32,000 nt of DNA, from the NCBI GenBank assembly GCA_016205145.1, contig JACQJH010000001.1, positions 270,001 to 302,000 on the forward strand, written 5' to 3'. Source of the DNA: Candidatus Iainarchaeum sp. (GTDB lineage: Archaea > Iainarchaeota > Iainarchaeia > Iainarchaeales > JACQJH01). The notes beneath the pieces were generated by a model. It made no database searches and was not told where the DNA came from. It saw nothing but the letters and a program-made list of their open reading frames with translations. This document shows, piece after piece, positions 13,901-21,385 of the stretch. The number at the start of each line of letters is the position of its first letter. The stretch's first letter is position 1. A program made the translations under genes and the position numbers.

Positions 13901-16900
13901 AAACCGCGGTATCTTGTGTACTGCCCCGGTGCCTTATAGTGTAACGTTCGGCATAGTTTTTGCTCGTGTCTTTGTAGGAATATTTGTAGCTGACAAAACA
14001 GAATCCTGTATTGGGTGAAGTATACCTGTATGGGCAGTTGTTGCTTGCTGTCTTAGCAACCAAACCAGTGGTAGCATTTTTCAAGAATGCGGCTCGGACA
14101 GTGTCCGGCGTCACGGTTATATTGCCCACACTGTGTGGCTGGCTGTCATTAAGTGTTGTCGCGCCAGCCCCCCAATTTTCTTTTGAAGTGCTGTATTGCA
14201 CGGTATTGTCCACAGTAATCCTAAAACGGGCAAGAACAGTTTGATTAGATGTCCTATATGTGACATATTTGTACCAGTTTGTGGCCAAAAAAGAATCAAC
14301 GTCTTTGGTTTTGCCCGGTTGGTTGGGCACCGGTTCCTGTGTTCCGGACCATCCGACAAAAGTTTTGCTCAAATCAACCGTGCCGGTTCCTTCCGCACCG
14401 GGAGCGGGTTTTGGTGTTCCAGTTACAACTGTCGACCGAGGCCCGTCGCCGGATGTGTTGAATGCAACAATATAATAGAAATAAGTTTTCGCGTTTGCCA
14501 ACCCTTGGTGTAAAAATTCCGCAATTTGGACTGTTTCTGCTAGCACATACGGCGTGGTATCTGGCTCCGCGGTAAATCCGAAATAAATTTTGTATCCTGT
14601 CGCGCCGGCAACAGCTTCCCAAGTCAACGTTATTTTTGCATCTCCTTCATCAACCGTTATTCCTGCAACTTTTTTTGGTTTTGTCGCTGCAGGGGCCTGC
14701 CCGCTACTGATTGATATTTCCTCAGATTCCCCCTGGCCTATAATTTTTCCGCTGCTATCGGCTGCTTGGACGAGGAAGCGGTAGTTTCCAGGACTCAATT
14801 CATCAAACACTGTTGCATCAACGGTTGACCCCAATGACCTGTCTGCAAGTGAATGATATTCCTCTTTTATGACATATCTGCTTGCACCCTCGACTAGTGT
14901 CCATGACACAGTGGCCGCGTTGCCGTTGGGTTGTGCTGTTACAGTTATTTCTTTCATTCCGGTTCCTGCGCCTGGTTCTTGTGTCTGTCCGGCAATAACT
15001 TTGACTTTTAGTGTTATTATGTTTCCGTTGCAATTTGCGGTTATTGTCGTGTCCCCGATTGCTATTGCGGTTATGGTTGTTGTCTTTCCGCTTGTCGGGG
15101 AAACCTCTGCAATGGATGCCTCTTGTGTTCTCCAAGCAATGCTTTCGCAGTTTTCCGCCTGCAGCGCCTTTGTTTGTCCGACCTGCAATTCTATTGTGTG
15201 GGTATTGTTTATTGTTTGTCCGCCACTGATTATTTCAAAGCCGCTTCCGCCTTCAGCTTTACTTTCACTCATTATAAATTTTATTTTTGCCTCTGCCGTG
15301 CTTTCCAGGTTCAATGCCTTGTTTCTGGCAATGAATTTGAGCTGGAATTCATTGGGCAGTTTTTTGATGTCAAATACTTTTATTGTAAATGCCGGGATGT
15401 CGTTTTCCTTTGTAACAGTCCAGTCAGTCGTGGATTTTAGGCTGCCGCTGTCCCAGTCGTATTCGGTTACTTTATCGGGGTTGTCGATTTCGCCTATAAA
15501 TGTGATTTCCCCGGCCTTGCTGACATTTATCTCATTGGTTTTATTGCTTGTAAGGAGTTCAAGTGGGCGTCCATTCGGACTGAGTATTCTTGCTTCGCCG
15601 AGCTGGTCGGGGTCGATGACGTGGACTATAATCGTGTTCGAAACCACTTCGCCTTGCGTATCTGTCGCCTTGAGTCTTGCCTGTATCATATAGTCTCCAG
15701 GTTTCGGGGCTGTCCCAGTATATGTTTCCCCGTTCCGTGTGGTGATTGGCACGACTTCGCCGTTGCGCAACCATTCTATTTCGCGGTCTGCACCGTGGAT
15801 TGTTTCGTTATACTCTGCGACAAACTTTATTTCGTCGTTGGGCTTGAAAGGCGGCTCGCTTAACAGCCTGATTTTGAATCCTTCCGGCGCTTTAAGGCTT
15901 TTTATTTCGCCTGCAATCTTGACTGTTTTGATTATTTCCTGCGCCTTTTTATTGATTATGGCTGTCATCGGCACGGTAAGTGTTATTTCGTCGACTTTGA
16001 CTTCGTCTATGTTTTCAAATTTGCTTTGCCTGTCCTTTGAAATGACTATAGAGTACTGGCCGTTCTGGTTTGGTCCCGCAACGCTGTCTATTTTCCAGTC
16101 CGGCCACTCCTTGTCGGCTGAGAATCCTCTGCCCGAGCTTATGCTGACGTTTCCGCCGCGCCAGCTTATCTTGTCCTTTTGTATCTGCGTTATGGCCGTG
16201 CCCTGCTGCGGCGTGAGTTCTGCAGCAGCCCGTATTCTCGGATAACCCGTTGCCGGGTCGTTCGGATCAATATATATGACGCCTGTTGCAGTAACCACGG
16301 CCTGCATTTCCTGTTGCGTCAGCGGCTTTATTTCTTTTTTGCTCGCCCCGTAGTATTGTCCTATCGCGCCCAATGCCATCATGAGCAGGCCGGTTTTGAG
16401 GCCTTCCATGAGGGCTTTTCCGAAGTCTTTTGTGCGCGAAGTGATTTCGACTTTTTTTTCCGAGCACTTGTTCAAGAGCTGTGCCGTGTCATAACCGTCG
16501 AACTGGTTTGTGGGGTCGTCGTAGACGTCGAACTCGTATTTGCTCAATTCAAAGCAGCCGTCCGGCGCGATGCGCGCCCTGACCATTTTCAACAGCCTTT
16601 CCTCGGTCTGGCCGAAGGGAGTCGCGTTCACAAATACCGGGTACTGTCCGGGATTGTTGTTTTCCGCGAGAATCTGGATTGCCTTGGTTTCCTTTTCCCC
16701 GAGCTGGAAATTGCTTTCGCTTAAATTGAGCTTTGACTGGAGTTTGAACTGCGTTGCCTGGCCGCAGCCAAGCGTTTCAATGTTGAATTCCCCGCTTTCG
16801 CCTTTTTTCATGTTGACTATGCCCTTGTCTATGCGGACGCAGTCCTTGAAATTGACTGCCGCGATTTCAACCGTCATCTTGTCGTTGAGCGTCTGGCTCC

Positions 16901-19900
16901 CGCTGTCGGTTTTGTTGCCTGCCTGGAATTCGATCGTCGCTTTTGCGCTTCCGCTTGTTCCCGCGTCAGGCGTGAACACCAGTGTGAGGGTCTGGCTTTC
17001 CTCCGGTTCCATTCTTGCAAGGATTGTCCTGTAATAGCCGTCCCTCAGTTCCTTTGTGAACTGTTCGCTTCTCAACTCGAATGTTCCGATGCTGTTGCTC
17101 TGCCAGTCGATTTTCGCCTGAATCTGTTCCAATGGGATGGGTGTCGAGGCGACTGTGCAGTTGTTCTGCAATGTCACGGAAACCTGCACTGGCGAGCCTT
17201 CTGTCGAGGTTTTCCATTCCTTTTTGCTTATCGTGAAGCAGGTCGGAGTGTCGGCTTCTCCCCCCACGCCGATGGAAATCTTGACGGGCAATTCGAAACT
17301 CCATTCTTCATCAAGCCCTTCAAGCGTCGCAATAAGAGTTCCGGACAGGTTTGTCGCCTGTGAAACCCTTCTGCCGAGGTCGGAGAGGTTTGCCCTTAAA
17401 GTGAAGCTTGACTTGTCGTTTGCCTTGATTGTTTCGCCTTTGAATGTTTCAAGCCATTGCGAGACCTGGTCTTCGCTGATGTAGCCGCGCAAGTCGCCTT
17501 GCAGTTCGAATTGCCTGACTTTGAGGTTGAACTCGGTCCTGTTTGTTATGTCGAAGACTGCCGTGTTGTCCGGCCTTGTCTGCGCATTGAGCGTAAGGCC
17601 GAGCGTGTCGGGCGACAATTCCGCGATTTTGTCGTTCACGTTGAGCGCGGTTTCAAACGTCTTGTATTCCTCTTTTTCGACGAACAGCTTGAGCTTTTCC
17701 CCCGGCATCTGGCTTGGCAGTTGTATCTGCGCTATTCCCTTGACTGTCGTGTCTGCCTGCAGCAATGTCGAGTTGAACCTGTCCTTTATTTTGACTGCCG
17801 CATTTTCGACTTCGAGTTTCGTGTTCTTGTCCTTGACTGACACGGTTATCTCGTTCTGCACGCCTGATGCGAGCAAATCGGGCCTGATTTGCACGTCAAA
17901 CTCTTTTGCGGGGTCGACTGTTATTGAAATGTTCTTTTCGTACCTTATCCTCTGCCCGCTTCTCAATAGTATTTTGATTGTCTGGCTGCCCGGAGCCTGA
18001 GGCGAGAAGTTTAGCGTTGTGCTTATCGCGTCGCCCGGCTTGAAGTCCTGCACGTTTATCCAGGCGGTTTCAAACGCGTTCACGTCGCCTGATTTTTTTC
18101 CGTTCTGGCTGCCATAGACCGTGTAAGCGCCCAAATCCATTTTTTCTTCCGGGTTCTGGATTTTCATTGTGGCCTGCGGGAAAGTGTCGACGTCGTTCCC
18201 GGAATTATTCTGTATGGTGAAGTTGAACACGTACGGGTTGAATATTTTGGCAGTGAAGTCATTGTTGACTGTGGTCAGAATGTCCTCTTTCCTGTCAAGT
18301 ATGCTGCCGGAGAAGCAGAACCTGTCGTTGCAAAGCGTTTCGGTTCCGACCTGGCGCGTTTCCGTTTTTGCGTTGGCGTAAAGGCCTTGCTTGCCCCCCG
18401 CATTTTCACTTTCGCCGAGCCCGGTGTCAAGGGGATCTCTCTTCCACCGGTTGTCCTGCGTTATTGCCCAGGCGCGGTAGAATATGTTGAGTTCGTCTGA
18501 AACGCCTGCGGTTTTCTTGACTTTGATGTCGGCCGTGAACTCTATTATGCCTGACTGGAATGACTGCCATTCAGCGTTGAACCATTTTGCCTCGTCAAGC
18601 GTTTCCTGTATCTGGCTGTCCTGCGCATAATTGTCGGGCGGATTGTATGACACCGATTTGATGACTGCGGGGTTTGCCGGCAGGTTCAGTTTTTTTATGA
18701 GCAACTGGTCGGTTTCAATCCTGTTCGTGTTTCCCGTCCTGACGTGCACGCCCACGCGCCTGTAATTCCTTGTGTTGTCCTGCCTTGGAATGTGCAGTTT
18801 GAATTTTGCCGTATACTCTTCGCCTTCCGTGAGAACCGTTGCAAGGTCTGCGCCCTTGTAGAGGCCGGCAAGCTCTATCTGGACGTCGCCGCTGATTTCT
18901 TCCGGCTCAAGCGTTGCGTCTATGACTGTCGCGGAGTTGGGCTGTATGTCGTACACTATTGTCGTGTAACTGCCATAGCCTTCCTTTGAGACTACGGCGT
19001 AAACGCTTTTGTCCGCCTTTGTGGTGTATGTCAGTATTCCGTCGGGGCTTTCAACCGGCCTTGAGCCTCCTCCGACCACTTCCCTGAAAACCGGGTCGTA
19101 GAATGTGACGTCCGCAAATTGTATGGGCTGGCCGTCCTTGTCTTTCACGTGCACTTCGATTGTGCCGTCCGGGATCTGCAAGGTTACGACAAGCCTCTGC
19201 TTTTCGTACGCGTTCTGCACGAACTTGACCGGGTCGCTCCAGCCTGCTGTGGAGCCTTTGAATGCGAATGCCTTGTATGTTCCTGTGGGCGCGATGAATT
19301 CGGCTATGCCGTTGACATCGGTTGTTTTTTGCGCGTATCCGAGGCTGAAGCCCTCTTCAGTGTACAGCTTTACCGTCGCGTTCCTGATCTTTTTGCCCTC
19401 GTCGCTTAAAACCTGCACCTGCAATTGGGCGCCGCAGCTGCTGTTGCCCGGAATGAATCTTTCCATTTCGACTATGCGCAAAGTGTTGTTCGGCACTATT
19501 CCGGAGAGCCTTTGGGGACAGTATCCTGCATGGTCTATTGTCATATCGTATGGCGTGTCCTCTTCCACGCTGAAGACTGCGTTGAAATCAGTGCTTGAGG
19601 TTGTCTTTGTCTCGATTTCCCGCCCGTCCCTGAAGAGCGTTGCTATTGCGCCGCTTATGCCGGAACCGTTGTCCTTGTCGACCGTTTTTATCCTGATGGT
19701 GTGCAGTCCGCTTAGCGTTCCACCGCCCCCTCCGCCGGACTGCAGTGTTATCGTTATGGTTTCCCTTCCGTTTGCCTGCACTGAAACGCTTTGCGATGTT
19801 TTTGAAGCATAGTTTGCCGTCGAAGAGGTTCTTGCAAAGTATGTTCCCGGGGAAACGTCGAACGACGCTGTGCCGCCGATTGCGTCTTTTGTGTCAACGG

Positions 19901-20738
19901 GCACGCCGTCATACCCGTCATCCGTGAAAATGCTGACTTCGACCGTGCTGCTGATGAAATTGCCCTGGCTGTTCAGGAGTTCGACGTCAATCGTGCCCTG
20001 TCCGCCTGAGATTTCCTTTTCCTGCAACAGTATGGTGTTTGTGATTTTGCTTAACGGCACGCCGTGCTGGGGCTCGAAGCTGTATGATTCGGCTGTCGCA
20101 AGCAGTTCGCCGCAGTCGCTTGGCTCCTGGACTTCAGCCGAGCCGTTCACGACAGTGATGCTGTCCGGCGGAATCGCATCCGGGTTCGTGCATTCAAAGC
20201 TTATGCTTACGGCTTCGGTTATCCTGTTGCCTGTCGCGTCCTTGATGAGAATCGTGCGTTTTGTGGTGCGCGTTGCTCCCGGCGATTCCTTTTCAAGTTC
20301 CACTGTTGCCAGGGTGTCAAGGCGGTCCACAATTATTGCCTGGCTCACAAGCTTGTAGCCCTGCACCGACACGCCAAGTTCGACTTCGCTGTTGAGCTTG
20401 AATTTTTGGCTTGGAATCCTGCCGCCTGCATCCGTCCTGAACGGGTTCGTGGTGCCTTCGAAGCCTAATGTTACGTATGCATTTTCGACGGGCCGCCTGC
20501 TTTCATCAAGCACCAGCACAGTGAGTTGCGCGTTGTCCGAATTGATGAGAGTCCACGCAAAGCCCGCTGTGCCGAGAATGAGCAATAGCACGAGTATGAG
20601 GAACAGCACGAATGACGGCATTATCCTGTCAATTGGTTCGACGATTTTGTAGACTGGGATGCTCTGGTCGAGCTTGTCGAGGAACCTGTAATATTTGTCT
20701 TCCCACGCGTAATAGATGTCCTTGAGCCCCAAATGCAA
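10977..20738 (-). CDS. Giant membrane-anchored surface protein, paralogue 2 (3253 aa), with an extra PKD-like/Big_2/FN3 cassette
   Basis: Uninterrupted 9.76-kb ORF. It has the N-box GLKDIYYAWEDKYYRFLDKLDQSIPVYKIVEPIDRIMPSF and the TM helix VLFLILVLLLILGTAGFAW. About 6-7 beta-sandwich repeats and a shared middle region follow. The inserted Ig-like cassette, a G-rich hydrophobic hinge and the C-terminal module (NPDGIYCDATQFSIALLKKLQDFRDFV, FYYLPFDGRVGLDSANGRQGYGVNF) complete it. Only TTG codons (20738 or 20732) can start a protein that keeps the conserved box. Confidence 0.97.
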   Translation of the reverse strand: MHLGLKDIYYAWEDKYYRFLDKLDQSIPVYKIVEPIDRIMPSFVLFLILVLLLILGTAGFAWTLINSDNAQLTVLVLDESRRPVENAYVTLGFEGTTNPFRTDAGGRIPSQKFKLNSEVELGVSVQGYKLVSQAIIVDRLDTLATVELEKESPGATRTTKRTILIKDATGNRITEAVSISFECTNPDAIPPDSITVVNGSAEVQEPSDCGELLATAESYSFEPQHGVPLSKITNTILLQEKEISGGQGTIDVELLNSQGNFISSTVEVSIFTDDGYDGVPVDTKDAIGGTASFDVSPGTYFARTSSTANYASKTSQSVSVQANGRETITITLQSGGGGGGTLSGLHTIRIKTVDKDNGSGISGAIATLFRDGREIETKTTSSTDFNAVFSVEEDTPYDMTIDHAGYCPQRLSGIVPNNTLRIVEMERFIPGNSSCGAQLQVQVLSDEGKKIRNATVKLYTEEGFSLGYAQKTTDVNGIAEFIAPTGTYKAFAFKGSTAGWSDPVKFVQNAYEKQRLVVTLQIPDGTIEVHVKDKDGQPIQFADVTFYDPVFREVVGGGSRPVESPDGILTYTTKADKSVYAVVSKEGYGSYTTIVYDIQPNSATVIDATLEPEEISGDVQIELAGLYKGADLATVLTEGEEYTAKFKLHIPRQDNTRNYRRVGVHVRTGNTNRIETDQLLIKKLNLPANPAVIKSVSYNPPDNYAQDSQIQETLDEAKWFNAEWQSFQSGIIEFTADIKVKKTAGVSDELNIFYRAWAITQDNRWKRDPLDTGLGESENAGGKQGLYANAKTETRQVGTETLCNDRFCFSGSILDRKEDILTTVNNDFTAKIFNPYVFNFTIQNNSGNDVDTFPQATMKIQNPEEKMDLGAYTVYGSQNGKKSGDVNAFETAWINVQDFKPGDAISTTLNFSPQAPGSQTIKILLRSGQRIRYEKNISITVDPAKEFDVQIRPDLLASGVQNEITVSVKDKNTKLEVENAAVKIKDRFNSTLLQADTTVKGIAQIQLPSQMPGEKLKLFVEKEEYKTFETALNVNDKIAELSPDTLGLTLNAQTRPDNTAVFDITNRTEFNLKVRQFELQGDLRGYISEDQVSQWLETFKGETIKANDKSSFTLRANLSDLGRRVSQATNLSGTLIATLEGLDEEWSFELPVKISIGVGGEADTPTCFTISKKEWKTSTEGSPVQVSVTLQNNCTVASTPIPLEQIQAKIDWQSNSIGTFELRSEQFTKELRDGYYRTILARMEPEESQTLTLVFTPDAGTSGSAKATIEFQAGNKTDSGSQTLNDKMTVEIAAVNFKDCVRIDKGIVNMKKGESGEFNIETLGCGQATQFKLQSKLNLSESNFQLGEKETKAIQILAENNNPGQYPVFVNATPFGQTEERLLKMVRARIAPDGCFELSKYEFDVYDDPTNQFDGYDTAQLLNKCSEKKVEITSRTKDFGKALMEGLKTGLLMMALGAIGQYYGASKKEIKPLTQQEMQAVVTATGVIYIDPNDPATGYPRIRAAAELTPQQGTAITQIQKDKISWRGGNVSISSGRGFSADKEWPDWKIDSVAGPNQNGQYSIVISKDRQSKFENIDEVKVDEITLTVPMTAIINKKAQEIIKTVKIAGEIKSLKAPEGFKIRLLSEPPFKPNDEIKFVAEYNETIHGADREIEWLRNGEVVPITTRNGETYTGTAPKPGDYMIQARLKATDTQGEVVSNTIIVHVIDPDQLGEARILSPNGRPLELLTSNKTNEINVSKAGEITFIGEIDNPDKVTEYDWDSGSLKSTTDWTVTKENDIPAFTIKVFDIKKLPNEFQLKFIARNKALNLESTAEAKIKFIMSESKAEGGSGFEIISGGQTINNTHTIELQVGQTKALQAENCESIAWRTQEASIAEVSPTSGKTTTITAIAIGDTTITANCNGNIITLKVKVIAGQTQEPGAGTGMKEITVTAQPNGNAATVSWTLVEGASRYVIKEEYHSLADRSLGSTVDATVFDELSPGNYRFLVQAADSSGKIIGQGESEEISISSGQAPAATKPKKVAGITVDEGDAKITLTWEAVAGATGYKIYFGFTAEPDTTPYVLAETVQIAEFLHQGLANAKTYFYYIVAFNTSGDGPRSTVVTGTPKPAPGAEGTGTVDLSKTFVGWSGTQEPVPNQPGKTKDVDSFLATNWYKYVTYRTSNQTVLARFRITVDNTVQYSTSKENWGAGATTLNDSQPHSVGNITVTPDTVRAAFLKNATTGLVAKTASNNCPYRYTSPNTGFCFVSYKYSYKDTSKNYAERYTIRHRGSTQDTAVYKSKSLESSGTNIFEVTGLEALKVKCDSGDSDACTQWTSQSASLSEDISHSSIAGLAQGSDVSPSTGLVTAPLTGYDLFGQQGTLFGGGPQMGSGQYPTFAENPMGYILTGGGALGGQGGLPQLMTSVLIGAGSAILGKPNPYSYGMYGLIFGTWMAYNNQDDVKFTIIAKDALVGEIKLLMTGEKIEPATGAGTATIAEEESKDIVLQILDTNSSIPRQDDPLLANYLQDLAFINSKGIKQADPTVPFFRLLKVQARRQQFETEGYKGKREPDQPKANEKKTTEDRNKILEKFHLQFNSFDPKECGPNTFPCPAVTLNNCQLGARIGSTGKEALPAIGLAKGIGWSWSSVKENSCDASNPDGIYCDATQFSIALLKKLQDFRDFVEANRPFECASPESVSSIREQSLSEIDADAGITRTQVRKLGNNTGEVVVTVSNSNAQAVQAKVKTTVKAADGSVVKECEEDVSVQTKSSTSCIVDGLRQGQYQIDANATVALCADCKNAEKANDHLNSDFAWGFSGLQDCGDYSTKKFSDYVVATELERGKLPGSEKALKDLRFEASIMRDGFTQDFQKDFDEFAKTKSFFATPSYYTENDGLGELFGDTNRFKFIVPGQAIGFAEAGKYLVEMNIKFNNENWDFYRDGKPDVFIEVKLTREAAPNPESPFYYLPFDGRVGLDSANGRQGYGVNFRQESEKSIKINADSSQPVFATNSPTSLPVPNGWILASFNNDFRTLNQTERGIVLSVSTQGETTKLDYSPSFATPVLLRVSSPVAESAYAFYGVDIGGTPFGTSTYLSEWTGVGGACRDFDDALAAERFYNARDRQALEKQCARVLGDAVSTSYGFEWCSPKRASTSVGLSTVIFTPQNVSSRIYITSASQSASLSTADEAGDKVALVGVSGMANNSPGSGINTLQDVFNLVNDGALCVDGSSSRAFSAFFWNPKPILENMQGQMNAAEAACTQTEPKTGPRELP
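10980..13420 (-). other. Conserved C-terminal module of giant 2 (about aa 2441-3253)
   Basis: Same motif order as in giant 1: FHLQFNSF, NPDGIYCDATQFSIAL, DGFTQDFQKDFDEF, FYYLPFDG..NGRQGYG, SFATPVLLRVSS, VIFTPQN, FFWNPKPILEN. Confidence 0.65.
13420..13690 (-). other. Gly-rich hydrophobic hinge B of giant 2
   Basis: LFGQQGTLFGGGPQMGSGQYPTFAENPMGYILTGGGALGGQGGLPQLMTSVLIGAGSAILGKPNPYSYGMYGLIFGTWMAY. Confidence 0.55.
14405..14960 (-). other. Two fibronectin type III domains within giant 2
   Basis: The first is ITVTAQPNGNAATVSWTLVEGASRYVIKEEY...LSPGNYRFLVQAADSSGKIIGQGE. The second is GITVDEGDAKITLTWEAVAGATGYKIYFGFTAEP...LANAKTYFYYIVAFNTSGDGPRS. Both show the classic FN3 signatures (W in strand B, Y.v/Y.i in strand C, Y.f.V.A.n..G in F-G). 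Confidence 0.75.
14990..15245 (-). other. Big_2 (bacterial Ig-like group 2) domain within giant 2
   Basis: THTIELQVGQTKALQAENCESIAWRTQEASIAEVSPTSGKTTTITAIAIGDTTITANCNGNIITLKVKV matches the Big_2 pattern (l.vG.t..l......v.W.S.n..iA.V...G.vta...G.a.Ita...g....v.v.V). Confidence 0.75.
15270..15880 (-). other. Two PKD-like/Ig-like domains within giant 2
   Basis: The first is FKPNDEIKFVAEYNETIHGADREIEWLRNGEVV...GDYMIQARLKATDTQGEVVSNTIIVHV. The second is GEITFIGEIDNPDKVTEYDWDSGSLKS...FTIKVFDIKKLPNEFQLKFIARN. YDWDSG resembles the PKD WDFGDG core. Confidence 0.5.
16341..16403 (-). other. Hydrophobic hinge A of giant 2 (GLKTGLLMMALGAIGQYYGAS)
   Basis: It sits at the position equivalent to the start of the giant-1 hinge, after KVEITSRTKDFGKALME (giant 1 has DRAKFRSYVKT there). 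Confidence 0.45.
18905..20520 (-). repeat. Intragenic tandem array of carboxypeptidase-regulatory-like/Ig-like beta-sandwich domains (giant 2)
   Basis: Examples: AQLTVLVLDESRRPVENAYVTLGFEG, GTIDVELLNSQGNFISSTVEVSIFTDDG...GTASFDVSPGTYFARTSS, AQLQVQVLSDEGKKIRNATVKLYTEEG...GIAEFIAPTGTYKAFAFK, GTIEVHVKDKDGQPIQFADVTFYD. Confidence 0.6.
20529..20738 (-). other. Conserved N-terminal box plus signal-anchor TM (giant 2)
   Basis: See the alignment in findings. Confidence 0.7.
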
Positions 20739-20749
20739 TCCCTTTCACG

Positions 20750-20757
20750 ATTTTAAC
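20750..20757 (-). promoter_or_regulatory. TATA-like box (GTTAAAAT on the minus strand) upstream of giant 2
   Basis: It ends 11 nt before TTG 20738 and 17 nt before TTG 20732. A second AT-rich candidate (ATTAATAAAAG, about 20790-20800) lies further upstream. Confidence 0.35.
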
Positions 20758-20831
20758 GCCGACCGATTAACCGGTATTATTCTTGTCGTTTCTTTTATTA
20801 ATACCTTTTCTTTTTTTTAACTTTTCCTGTT

Positions 20832-21338
20832 TCACAGCGAAGCCAGCGCTTCAAGCGCCGGAAGTATTTCGTCGCCTTCAATTGCCGCGGTTATTGCAAC
20901 TATGGTTGCCGGGAGGATTATGCCAAGAAAAATGATTGCCGCGATTGCCATGATTATTTTTTTGTTGAACGCGAATGCGTTTTCCTTTCCCGTCATGTCC
21001 TTGTGCAGGAGTATGCCGATTGTCGCGCCGGTCTTCAAGCTTAATGCAAGCGGCAGCAGGAGGAGCGCGGCCGCGGGCTGTTTTGCAATAACCGGCCCCA
21101 TAATCATTCCTATTGCAATCGCCACGACCGGCGAAAGGTAGCCGAAGAAAAGAACCGACAGCACGAGTGCGGCGGCGGACAGGAGCAGGGTCTGGATTAT
21201 CATGTTGCCCTTGAACGGCATTGCGATCGAGGTTTCAAAAAAAATTGCGATGGACAGGCCGAGCAGCAATGCGAGCATGCTGATAAGGAACAGGACTTTT
21301 GTTTCCGGCGGCAACCTGCCAGTTTCCAAAAAAACCAC
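20832..21338 (-). CDS. Polytopic membrane protein (4-5 TM) encoded between giants 3 and 2
   Basis: 168-aa ORF with a GTG start: VLFLISMLALLLGLSIAIFF, MIIQTLLLSAAALVLSVLFFGYLSPVVAIAIGMIMGPVI, AAALLLLPLALSL, IIMAIAAIIFLGIILPATIVAITAAI. It lies 47 nt after the giant-3 stop and 93 nt before the giant-2 start. Confidence 0.85.
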   Translation of the reverse strand: MVFLETGRLPPETKVLFLISMLALLLGLSIAIFFETSIAMPFKGNMIIQTLLLSAAALVLSVLFFGYLSPVVAIAIGMIMGPVIAKQPAAALLLLPLALSLKTGATIGILLHKDMTGKENAFAFNKKIIMAIAAIIFLGIILPATIVAITAAIEGDEILPALEALASL

Positions 21339-21385
21339 TTTTTTCCGTTAGGCTTTTTCCTTATTTGATTAAATCATTATCGGCC

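Noticed and set aside
20832-21338. Assigning the 168-aa membrane protein to SpoIIM/DUF95 or another named family
   Set aside because: Only size and TM count are similar and I could not see diagnostic motifs. It is left as hypothetical.
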